Below the pieces are notes generated by a model. The model had not been told where the DNA came from. It saw nothing but the letters and a program-made list of their open reading frames with translations, and did not search any database. From contig QCKR01000001.1 of the NCBI GenBank assembly GCA_003215185.1, positions 21,020 through 85,019 of the forward strand: a stretch of DNA of 64,000 nt, in the 5' to 3' direction. Both the position numbers and the translations under genes were made by a program. Shown here piece after piece: positions 49,444 to 57,751 of this stretch (position 1 is its first letter; every line of letters begins with the position of its first letter). The DNA comes from Pelagibacteraceae bacterium AG-410-D23 (GTDB lineage: Bacteria; Pseudomonadota; Alphaproteobacteria; Pelagibacterales; Pelagibacteraceae).

Positions 49444-50593
49444 TCAAAATTTTTTCTATCTTTTTTATAATTTTATAAGAAAGAAGTGGTGGAACTGCAT
49501 CCCCAACAAGTTTATATCCTGAACTAGCAGAGATACTATTCTTACCATTTTTTATAACGAATTTCATATTGTCAGGAAATGTCTGTATTCTTGCACATTC
49601 TCTTACAGTAAGTCTTCTTTGTGTCTTGCCTTTGTCTATTTTATTTTTTCCACCATTAGTTTTTTTTAAAAATCTAAACTCAATATTACCATGGTGTTCC
49701 GATCTAATTGTTGGAGCAAATCCATTTTCTTTAATTTCAATATTTCCTTGAAGTTTAGGTAAAAACTTTGCTTTAGAATATGCAATTTGTGAAAGGTCTT
49801 TCTGTTTTTCCGTAGGTTCTTTCAAATCAATAAAAAAACTTTTAGATACTGGATATTTTAAATACTTATCGAATAAAGTGTCTTTATCCGAAAACTCTTT
49901 TTTAGGAAAGAGATCGTCATCCTTAAAGTCAATATTATTTTTTTTTAAAAAATTATTACTTACTCCAATAAAAAAAATTCTTCTTCTAGATTGAGGTATA
50001 CCAAAATCAGGAGCAAATATCTCTCGTGAGAAAACTTTATATCCCTCACCAGTATTTCTGAAATCATTTTTTATAATTTCAAAGACTTTTTTTAAATTAA
50101 TTAAACCTTTAACGTTTTCTGCAATAAAAAATTTTGGTTGTGTAATTTTTATAACCTCTTTCATCCAAAGATATAACTTTCCTCTAGTCTCTTTTTTGTT
50201 TTTTATTTTAGTTGTATTTAGGTGTGATTTATGGGAATCAAACCCTTTTCTCCACCCGCTCACACTAAAATCTTGACAGGGGAAACCACCAGTAACTAGA
50301 TCGATATTTTTTGGGAAAATATTTATACCTTTTTTATGTTTTTTTACTAAATCAACGATACTTTCATGTTTAAAAACAGTATTATTATTTTTTAAATTTT
50401 GTTCCCAAAAAATTCTAGAGGAGTCTTTAATATCATTCGCAAAAACAGTAACGAATTTAGTTTTTGGAATTTTAACCCATTTTTTTTTACTACCAACGAA
50501 ATTTCCAATAACCCTAAAATTACCATTGATTCCAATATCCATTCCTCCACAACCACTAAATAAAGATAGATGTCGAAATTTTTTTCCTTCCAT
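49430..50593 (-). CDS. DNA (cytosine-5) methyltransferase
   Basis: SLFSGCGG, GGFPCQDFS, ENV, PQSRRR, RRLTVRECARIQTFP, GDAVPP; start either 50593 (MEGKK) or 50623. Confidence 0.95.
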   Translation of the reverse strand: MEGKKFRHLSLFSGCGGMDIGINGNFRVIGNFVGSKKKWVKIPKTKFVTVFANDIKDSSRIFWEQNLKNNNTVFKHESIVDLVKKHKKGINIFPKNIDLVTGGFPCQDFSVSGWRKGFDSHKSHLNTTKIKNKKETRGKLYLWMKEVIKITQPKFFIAENVKGLINLKKVFEIIKNDFRNTGEGYKVFSREIFAPDFGIPQSRRRIFFIGVSNNFLKKNNIDFKDDDLFPKKEFSDKDTLFDKYLKYPVSKSFFIDLKEPTEKQKDLSQIAYSKAKFLPKLQGNIEIKENGFAPTIRSEHHGNIEFRFLKKTNGGKNKIDKGKTQRRLTVRECARIQTFPDNMKFVIKNGKNSISASSGYKLVGDAVPPLLSYKIIKKIEKILTKYP

Positions 50594-50623
50594 ATATGAA
50601 TTTATAACACATGTTGTTTTCAT

Positions 50624-50656
50624 ACTTCACTGAAACTTCATTGAACCTTCATTGAA
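50624..50656. repeat. Right-end arm-site-like repeats (3 tandem 11-mers)
   Basis: ACTTCACTGAA ACTTCATTGAA CCTTCATTGAA. Confidence 0.85.
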
Positions 50657-50698
50657 CTTTTTTTTTGGAAAGTAAGTAAGGACAACGGATACCTTTGG

Positions 50699-50960
50699 AA
50701 AGGGGCGTTCTGTTGCCAGGTGCCCCGAAACCCCGTTACTTAATTAATAAATTAATTAAGCAGCAAGAGCAAATTTATCATTTGCAATTATAATTTAGCC
50801 CGTCACGGTGGAACAATTCCGAACGAAAGAACAGCCTTTAGACACTCGTCGATTCTAGTTCACCCCCATAAGTTGAAATTGGTGGAGGTGGTGGGTACTG
50901 CCCCCACGTCCGCAATGTTTATTACGAAATTCGTTTATCGTCATAGTTGGAAATCCAACA
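50699..50960 (-). ncRNA. ssrA: Permuted (two-piece) tmRNA
   Basis: Acceptor piece ends CACCTCCACCA at 50880; 12-nt intervening segment; coding piece starts GGGGGTG at 50867 (G3-U70 Ala pair); tag ANDKFALAA* at 50785-50756; 3' stem GGGGCACCTGGCAACAGAACGCCCC. Outer ends approximate. Confidence 0.95.
50700..50713. repeat. Proximal att core inside the ssrA terminal stem-loop
   Basis: AAGGGGCGTTCTGT, identical to 47869-47882. Confidence 0.85.
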
Positions 50961-51002
50961 ACTTTAATATAAAACGATATTTCAAAGATTCAATAATAAT
51001 TA

Positions 51003-51950
51003 ATGAAATTAACAAAAGAACAAATTCAAGAGATTAAAGATCAACAATCTCAACAGAATAGTACTAAAAGAGTTACTGTCCCAGAACTTGAAAAGGTTCT
51101 GTATGAGGCAATACAAGTACTAGATCATGGATTTATTAGAGTAGTAGATTATATGGGTGACGACTCTTCTATAGTTCAAGCAGCTAGAGTTTCGTATGGA
51201 AAAGGAACAAAAAAAGTTAATACTGATGTTGGTTTAATAAAGTATTTAATGAGACACTGGCATAGCACACCATTTGAAATGTGCGAAATTAAATATCATG
51301 TAAAACTTCCAATATTTATTGCAAGACAATGGATAAGACATCGAACTGCAAATGTGAATGAATATTCTGCAAGATATTCAATTTTAGATAAAGAATTTTA
51401 TTTACCTGCTCAAGAACATTTAGCATCTCAATCACAAATTAATAGGCAAGGAAGAGGAGATGTTATTAAAGGAGAACAAGCAAAAAAAGTATTGAATTTA
51501 TTGAAGGATGATGCTGAGAGAACTTATAGCAATTACGAAGAAATGCTAAATGAACGATATGATGGAACAACAATAGATGAAAATCAAACTGGACTAGCAA
51601 GAGAACTTGCTAGAATGAATTTAACATTAAACACTTATACACAATGGTATTGGAAAACTGATTTATTAAATCTTATGAATTTTTTAAGATTAAGAGCAGA
51701 TAGTCATGCTCAATATGAAATTAGAGCATATGCTCAAGTAATGTTAGATACTTTGAAAAAATGGGTTCCTATTACCTATGAAGCATTTATGGATTATAGA
51801 GTAGGTGGAACTGAAGTTTCAGCAAAAGGAAAAAAAATAATTCAGGAATTAATAAAAGGAAATAAAGTAGACTTAGATAGCTCAGGTTTATCTAAAAGAG
51901 AATGGAATGAATTAATGAGTGCTTTTGATTTAAAAGATAAGTTAATATAA
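51003..51950 (+). CDS. thyX: Flavin-dependent thymidylate synthase
   Basis: [37 protein letters not shown]. Confidence 0.98.
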   Translation: MKLTKEQIQEIKDQQSQQNSTKRVTVPELEKVLYEAIQVLDHGFIRVVDYMGDDSSIVQAARVSYGKGTKKVNTDVGLIKYLMRHWHSTPFEMCEIKYHVKLPIFIARQWIRHRTANVNEYSARYSILDKEFYLPAQEHLASQSQINRQGRGDVIKGEQAKKVLNLLKDDAERTYSNYEEMLNERYDGTTIDENQTGLARELARMNLTLNTYTQWYWKTDLLNLMNFLRLRADSHAQYEIRAYAQVMLDTLKKWVPITYEAFMDYRVGGTEVSAKGKKIIQELIKGNKVDLDSSGLSKREWNELMSAFDLKDKLI

Positions 51951-51955
51951 TTTTG

Positions 51956-52516
51956 ATGGACATAACCAATCATTACGTAGGTTTTAATAAAATTTACTAT
52001 GACTCACTTATTTCAAATATAATAGATATTGGAAATCTAAAAAACAAAAATTTAATTCTAGATTATGGATGTGGAGAAAAAAGACTTCAACAAAAATTAA
52101 ATAAAAAAATCTTTAATTACGATATAAATCCAAAATATTCTGATTACAAAAATATAGAAAATTTAAAATATGAAATAGTTATTTTAAATCAGGTTTTGAT
52201 GTATCTTTCTCCAACAGAGGTTAAACAACTTTTTATAAAATTTTTTACAATCAATCCAAATATTGAGTTTATTATAGGAATGGGTAGACAAAAGTTATTG
52301 AGTAGAATACTAGCGGTTCTAGGACTTTTTTTTTCGCTAAAACCACATATTGGTCATGCCTTATCTCCACATGCTGGAACTAAGATAAGTTATTCAGAAC
52401 AGAAAGAATTTATATATAAATATTTTGACATAATTGATCTTAAAAAAAATGTTTTTTTATTGGCAGATGTGTTTTATATAAGATTTAAAAAAGATTGTAA
52501 AATTATCGAAAATTAA
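51956..52516 (+). CDS. Class I SAM-dependent methyltransferase
   Basis: ILDYGCG, NYDIN, NQVLMYL. Confidence 0.7.
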   Translation: MDITNHYVGFNKIYYDSLISNIIDIGNLKNKNLILDYGCGEKRLQQKLNKKIFNYDINPKYSDYKNIENLKYEIVILNQVLMYLSPTEVKQLFIKFFTINPNIEFIIGMGRQKLLSRILAVLGLFFSLKPHIGHALSPHAGTKISYSEQKEFIYKYFDIIDLKKNVFLLADVFYIRFKKDCKIIEN

Positions 52517-52517
52517 T

Positions 52518-53963
52518 ATGAATAAAAATTTTTTTAACAAAAGTAATTCTTATTTAATTATAATTTTTATTGGTTTTTTTTTATCTGTAATTCTAAGCAC
52601 TTATTATGTTTTAAAATATGACAAATATATTTGGGATAATAATACTCATCAATTAATAAAAGATGAAACTTATTATCATTGGAAGGAAGGTGCAAAAATT
52701 TCTAAAGATGTAAGAGAAGGAAAAAATTTTTTTCTATCTGGCGATATAACCTTCACAAAACCATTACATCAAAGAATTATAGGTCTTTACTCTTTAATAA
52801 CTGGTTATAATTTAGTTGATAGTTGGGAACCATCAGCAAAAGTTAGTTTGGAAGGGAAGCTTCCATTTTTAATTATTCAAGCTTTTTTTTATTTTTTTGC
52901 AGTATATTTTTTTTCAAAAAGAGCAGTAAATATTTTACCTTATAAAGCTTTTTTATTTACAATTTTATTTTTATCGTTTGAATATACAATATTTCAATAT
53001 CATTCATCTTTTTGGACAGAGTCTATATATTTTTCTTTACAGTTATTAGTTTTTGGAATGCTTTTAGAAAAGCGTATAAATTTTTCACATAATTTAATTA
53101 TTGGAATTTTGATTGGATTAGCGTTTTTACAAAGATCAGGAGGTGTGTTTTATATTTTACCAGTTTTACTATGTTATATTTTTCTATTTAGAAAAAAAAT
53201 TACCAATCCCTTTTTAGGAGTTGTGTCTGGATTTATGTTAGTTTGTATTTTAATAGGAATGTATAATTATCATAAAACAAAAGTATTTTATGTTTTTCCA
53301 CCAGGTGGAAAATGGGGAATGTATAGTTATTTTTCAGTATATGTGTTAGCAGATCAACTGAATGTATCAGGTGCTGAAGCTAGAAAATATGAGGTAAAAA
53401 AAGTTTTAGAGTGGGCTGACAAAAACAATATTAAATTTAAGAATGAATTAGATTTAACAAAAATGAAACAACCGTTAAATTTTAGATCTTATTTTTTAAC
53501 AGAAAAAGACAAAATTAAATTTTATGATTATATTAATTATAGACAGTATGAAATTTTATTAGAAAATCCTTTAATAACTATAAAAAAAACAATTTATAAC
53601 ACAGCGCATATTATAATACTTAATCCAACTTTTAATCATTACTACAATACTTATAGAGGAGTTGAAAAACACTCTCCTGAATTTGTATATACAGAAACTC
53701 ACAAAAATTGGATACCTTTTAGAATTACATATACATTAATTATTTATATTTTTTGTTTGATGGGCTTAATTGCGTTGTTTAATAAAAAGAAATTTTATGA
53801 AGTTTCTTTAATTTTATTTTCAGCCCTGTATTATATCATTTTATTTGGATGGTACGGCAAAACTCGCCTATATGTTCCTTCACTTATATATTTAGCAGTT
53901 TTTTTTGGAGTAGGTGTTGATATATTTTTAAACAGATTTGTTAAGTATAAAAAGATTACTTAA
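52518..53963 (+). CDS. Polytopic membrane protein, probable GT-C (ArnT/PMT-like) glycosyltransferase
   Basis: Multi-TM; KDETYY in first loop, WTESIY, LQR, TRLYVP. Confidence 0.55.
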   Translation: MNKNFFNKSNSYLIIIFIGFFLSVILSTYYVLKYDKYIWDNNTHQLIKDETYYHWKEGAKISKDVREGKNFFLSGDITFTKPLHQRIIGLYSLITGYNLVDSWEPSAKVSLEGKLPFLIIQAFFYFFAVYFFSKRAVNILPYKAFLFTILFLSFEYTIFQYHSSFWTESIYFSLQLLVFGMLLEKRINFSHNLIIGILIGLAFLQRSGGVFYILPVLLCYIFLFRKKITNPFLGVVSGFMLVCILIGMYNYHKTKVFYVFPPGGKWGMYSYFSVYVLADQLNVSGAEARKYEVKKVLEWADKNNIKFKNELDLTKMKQPLNFRSYFLTEKDKIKFYDYINYRQYEILLENPLITIKKTIYNTAHIIILNPTFNHYYNTYRGVEKHSPEFVYTETHKNWIPFRITYTLIIYIFCLMGLIALFNKKKFYEVSLILFSALYYIILFGWYGKTRLYVPSLIYLAVFFGVGVDIFLNRFVKYKKIT

Positions 53964-54712
53964 TGAAAAGACTTATATATTACATTCTTAATTTAACTTT
54001 TCATACCCTTGATAAAGATATTATTAAGTTACTTTCCGAAAAAGGAAAATTAATAATTTTTGACGTTGGTTGCTATAGAGGAGTTTTTTTTAAGAGATTG
54101 TTAAAGCAATTAAAATATAGTGCAAAATCAAGTAAGTTTTATCTATTTGATATAAATAAAAATGTTAAGAACTATTTAAAAGACTATCTAAAACTTAAAA
54201 ATATTTTTTATAAAGAAATAGCAATCAGCAATAAAAATGGAAAAGCAAAATATCATTACAATCGTTTTTTTGAAGCTTCAGGGTCTTCCTTATCAACTGT
54301 TTATAAGGGTGATGCTAAATGGGTAAGAGCAAGAAAATTTTTTTTAAAAATGTTGTTTCAGAAAACTGATGATTATATTAGCTATCAAGTTCCAACAATG
54401 ACGCTAGACACATTTATTGAGAAAAATAAACTCAAAAAAGTTGACGTAATTAAAATTGATGTGGATGGCAGTGAAATGGATGTTTTGCAAGGTCTGAAAA
54501 AATCTTTCAAAAAAAATAAAGTAAAAATTTTATTAACAGAAATAAGTGAAAGACCAAAAAACAAATATTATAAAAAAGTAAAAAAAATAAAAAATTTTTT
54601 AGAAATGCATAACTTTAAGTTAATAAAAATTAATACTATGTTGGCACCTGAGCTATTTAGTGATCTCAAGTCTGGTGACTATTTATTTGTTAATAAAAAA
54701 TATTATAGTTAA
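53963..54712 (+). CDS. FkbM-family methyltransferase
   Basis: IFDVGCYRG, AISNKNG, TMTLDTF, IKIDVDGSEMDVLQG. Confidence 0.85.
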   Translation: MKRLIYYILNLTFHTLDKDIIKLLSEKGKLIIFDVGCYRGVFFKRLLKQLKYSAKSSKFYLFDINKNVKNYLKDYLKLKNIFYKEIAISNKNGKAKYHYNRFFEASGSSLSTVYKGDAKWVRARKFFLKMLFQKTDDYISYQVPTMTLDTFIEKNKLKKVDVIKIDVDGSEMDVLQGLKKSFKKNKVKILLTEISERPKNKYYKKVKKIKNFLEMHNFKLIKINTMLAPELFSDLKSGDYLFVNKKYYS

Positions 54713-55533
54713 AAAAAAGTTGTTTTAATTTTTTCAGCTAAATTTAAATAAATTTTTGAAACATTATGGTCTGGGTGACTTTCAACTATTGGCATTCCAA
54801 GATCGCCTTGTTTTCCAATTTCAGGAACGATTGGTATTTCACCTAAAAAATCTTTTTTAAATTCTTTGGCTGTCCTTTGAACTCCTCCTTCACCAAATAT
54901 AGAATATTTTTTCCCATCGTCAGTTTGAAAGTGGCACATATTATCGATTAAACCAATGATTTTTACTCCAAGTTTATCAAACATTTTTATTCCACGTTTT
55001 ACATCTTGAAGAGCAAGTTCTTGTGGCGTTGATACAATAATTACTCCATCCATTTTAATTTCTTGAGCAAAAGTTAATTGCGTATCTCCTGTTCCTGGTG
55101 GCATATCCACAATTATAAAATCTAAATTGTTCCAGTTAACTTTTTGAGCAAATGTTTTAATTGCACTTGTTACCATTGGTCCACGCCATATCATGGGCGT
55201 TTGTTCTTCTGTTAAAAAACCAATCGACATACATTGAATTTCGTATTTTGTAATTGGAGTCATAGTTTTACCGTCACTTTTAGGTTTTTCGTTTATTGAA
55301 AATAATTTTGGTAAAGAAGGACCATAAATATCTGCGTCAAGTAAGCCTACTCTGCATCCAATTTTTTTAAGGGCCAAAGCAATATTTGTTGCAAAGGTTG
55401 ATTTACCAACACCACCTTTTGCACTTGATATAGCAATTGTGTATTTTGTTCCTTGAATTGGGTTTTTTTCAAAGGTTTTACCTGCCATTTTTTTCTTCAT
55501 TGCGTCACTTAATTCTGGTTTTTCTTTTGTCAT
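54709..55533 (-). CDS. mrp: Mrp/ApbC (NBP35 family) ATPase
   Basis: SAKGGVGKST, DADIYGPS, MIWRGPM, DMPPGTGD, STPQ. Confidence 0.93.
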   Translation of the reverse strand: MTKEKPELSDAMKKKMAGKTFEKNPIQGTKYTIAISSAKGGVGKSTFATNIALALKKIGCRVGLLDADIYGPSLPKLFSINEKPKSDGKTMTPITKYEIQCMSIGFLTEEQTPMIWRGPMVTSAIKTFAQKVNWNNLDFIIVDMPPGTGDTQLTFAQEIKMDGVIIVSTPQELALQDVKRGIKMFDKLGVKIIGLIDNMCHFQTDDGKKYSIFGEGGVQRTAKEFKKDFLGEIPIVPEIGKQGDLGMPIVESHPDHNVSKIYLNLAEKIKTTFF

Positions 55534-55582
55534 ATGGCTATCTTAACTTGTTTTTCCTTATAAAGACATTATATACATTGTC

Positions 55583-56683
55583 ATGGTTGATGATTTTAAA
55601 GGAAGAGGAGGCAGTCCTTGGGGATCTCCCCCAGGAGGTGGTGGAGATAATGGATCTGGAAGAGGACCAGTACCTCCAGATATAGAAGAAATAATAAAAA
55701 AAATTCAAAGTACGATAAATAGATTTATGCCTGGAAAAGGAACAACAGGTGGAAAGCATATTATTTTAGGTTTAATAATTTTAGCAATTATTTGGACAGC
55801 AAGCGGTTTATATAGAGTTTTGCCAGATGAACAGGGCGTAGTTTTAAGATTTGGTAAATTTGTAAAAACAACTCAACCAGGTTTAAATTATCATATTCCG
55901 TTTCCAGTAGAGTCGGTTCTTACTCCAAAAGTTACAAAAGTAAACAGAATGGATGTTGGTTTTAGATCTAGTTCTGACACAGGTTTTTCTTCTGGTGGTG
56001 TTGCTGATGTTCCAGAAGAAAGCTTAATGTTAACTGGAGATGAAAACATTGTTAATATCGACTTTTCGGTTTTTTGGGTTATTAAAGATGCAGGAAATTT
56101 TTTATTTAAAATTCAAGACCCTCAAGGAACAGTAAAAGCGGCAGCAGAAACAGCAATGAGAGAAGTTATAGCAAGAAGTAATATTCAACCAATCTTAACA
56201 GAAGGTAGATCGAGAATAGAAATAGACACTCAAGAAATTATTCAAAGTATTTTAGATGAATACAACAGTGGAATTCAAGTTACACAAGTACAAACCCAAA
56301 AAGCTGACCCACCAGATCAAGTTATTGATGCATTTAGAGATGTGCAAGCCGCAAGAGCAGACATGGAAAGATCTAAAAATGAAGCACAAGCTTATGCAAA
56401 TGATGTAATCCCAAGAGCACGTGGAGAAGCTGCAAAAATATTACAAGCTGCAGAAGCATACAAAAAAGAAGTTGTTGCAAGAGCAGAAGGTGAAGCAAGT
56501 AGATTTATAGCAATTTACACTGAGTATGCGAAAGCAAAAGAAGTAACACAAGAAAGAATGTATCTAGAGACTATGGAAAAAGTTTTAGCAGATATAGATA
56601 AGGTAATTATAGATAAAAATGCAGGCGCAGGAGTAGTTCCTTATTTACCTTTACCCGAGTTAAAAAAGAAAGCGAGCAATTAA
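55583..56683 (+). CDS. hflK: FtsH modulator HflK
   Basis: Gly/Pro-rich N-terminus, GVVLRFG, MLTGDENIV, ERMYLETME. Confidence 0.97.
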   Translation: MVDDFKGRGGSPWGSPPGGGGDNGSGRGPVPPDIEEIIKKIQSTINRFMPGKGTTGGKHIILGLIILAIIWTASGLYRVLPDEQGVVLRFGKFVKTTQPGLNYHIPFPVESVLTPKVTKVNRMDVGFRSSSDTGFSSGGVADVPEESLMLTGDENIVNIDFSVFWVIKDAGNFLFKIQDPQGTVKAAAETAMREVIARSNIQPILTEGRSRIEIDTQEIIQSILDEYNSGIQVTQVQTQKADPPDQVIDAFRDVQAARADMERSKNEAQAYANDVIPRARGEAAKILQAAEAYKKEVVARAEGEASRFIAIYTEYAKAKEVTQERMYLETMEKVLADIDKVIIDKNAGAGVVPYLPLPELKKKASN

Positions 56684-57552
56684 TGAAAGCTGGAAAATTA
56701 GTACTACCATTAATCATTGTAATAGCGGCAGTGGCTTTCTTTTCAATTTTTATAGTAAAAGAAATCAATCAAGCAATTGTATTACAGTTTGGTGATCCTA
56801 AAAGAATTATTTTAAAACCAGGTTTAAATTTTAAAATTCCATTCATTCAAAATGTTGTTTTTTTAGATAAAAGAATATTAAATTTAGATGCTCCACCGGA
56901 AGAAGTTATTGCTTCAGATCAAAAAAGATTAATCGTAGATGCTTTTGCGAGATTTCAAATTGTTGATCCACTAAAATTTTATATTTCTGTTGGTAATGAA
57001 AGAGTTGCAAGATCAAGATTGGCAACAATTATAAATTCAAGAATTAGAAGTGTTTTAGGAACACAGAGATTACAAACATTATTATCTGAAGACAGAAATA
57101 AACAAATGGCATTAATTCAAGACGGGGTAAATAATGAAGCTGGAAAATTTGGTATTAAAATTGTAGACGTAAGAATTAAAAGAGCAGACTTACCTCAGGC
57201 TAACAGTGAAGCAATATATAGAAGAATGCAAACTGAAAGAGAAAGAGAAGCAAAAGAATTTAGAGCCAAAGGTGCTGAAATGGCGGTAACAATAACATCA
57301 ACAGCTGATAAAGAGGTCGCTGTTATCCTTGCAGAAGCTAATAAAAATTCTGAAATCATGAAAGGTGAAGGGGACGGAGAAAGAAACAAAATTTTTGCTG
57401 AAGCGTTTGGTAAAGATCCAGAATTTTTTGCTTTTTATAGAGCAATGCAAGCTTACGAAAAAGCTTTAATAGGCGGTGATACGTCATTAGTGCTATCACC
57501 AGATAGCGAATTTTTTAAATTTTTTGGAAACATAAAACCAAATAAAGATTAA
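56683..57552 (+). CDS. hflC: FtsH modulator HflC
   Basis: PGLNFKIPFIQ, DVRIKRADLP, RMQTERER, DPEFFAFYR. Confidence 0.97.
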   Translation: MKAGKLVLPLIIVIAAVAFFSIFIVKEINQAIVLQFGDPKRIILKPGLNFKIPFIQNVVFLDKRILNLDAPPEEVIASDQKRLIVDAFARFQIVDPLKFYISVGNERVARSRLATIINSRIRSVLGTQRLQTLLSEDRNKQMALIQDGVNNEAGKFGIKIVDVRIKRADLPQANSEAIYRRMQTEREREAKEFRAKGAEMAVTITSTADKEVAVILAEANKNSEIMKGEGDGERNKIFAEAFGKDPEFFAFYRAMQAYEKALIGGDTSLVLSPDSEFFKFFGNIKPNKD

Positions 57553-57565
57553 TTTTTAATTAGTT

Positions 57566-57751
57566 ATGAGAGAACTCATCATAGCTTTTGGTTTATTTCT
57601 CTTCATCGAAGGCATCCTTTATGCCTTATTTCCATCAAAAATGAAAAATATGCTTAAATCAATTGAAAAAATTAAAGATAGTCAATTAAGATCAGGAGGA
57701 TTTATTTTTGCAATAATTGGCTTTCTTATTATTTGGTATTTAAAAAGGTAA
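57566..57751 (+). CDS. DUF2065 (YjeT-like) small membrane protein
   Basis: IEGILYALFP, LRSGG; usual position after hflC. Confidence 0.85.
   Translation: MRELIIAFGLFLFIEGILYALFPSKMKNMLKSIEKIKDSQLRSGGFIFAIIGFLIIWYLKR

Larger units (their letters stand above)
47869..50713. mobile_element. Integrase-less att-flanked cassette inserted at the 3' end of the tmRNA gene
   Basis: 14-bp direct repeat AAGGGGCGTTCTGT at both ends, 11-bp repeats inside both ends, nuclease/R-M cargo. Confidence 0.8.

Noticed and set aside
47929-50656. 11-bp repeats plus a Cas4-like gene read as a mini-CRISPR system
   Set aside because: Repeats are too short, abut or are irregularly spaced, have no 25-45 bp unique spacers, and there is no cas1/cas2 or effector.
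52343-52378. PHIG/PHAG 24-bp-period micro-duplication in the methyltransferase
   Set aside because: Only two short imperfect copies; cannot be distinguished from chance without homologues.
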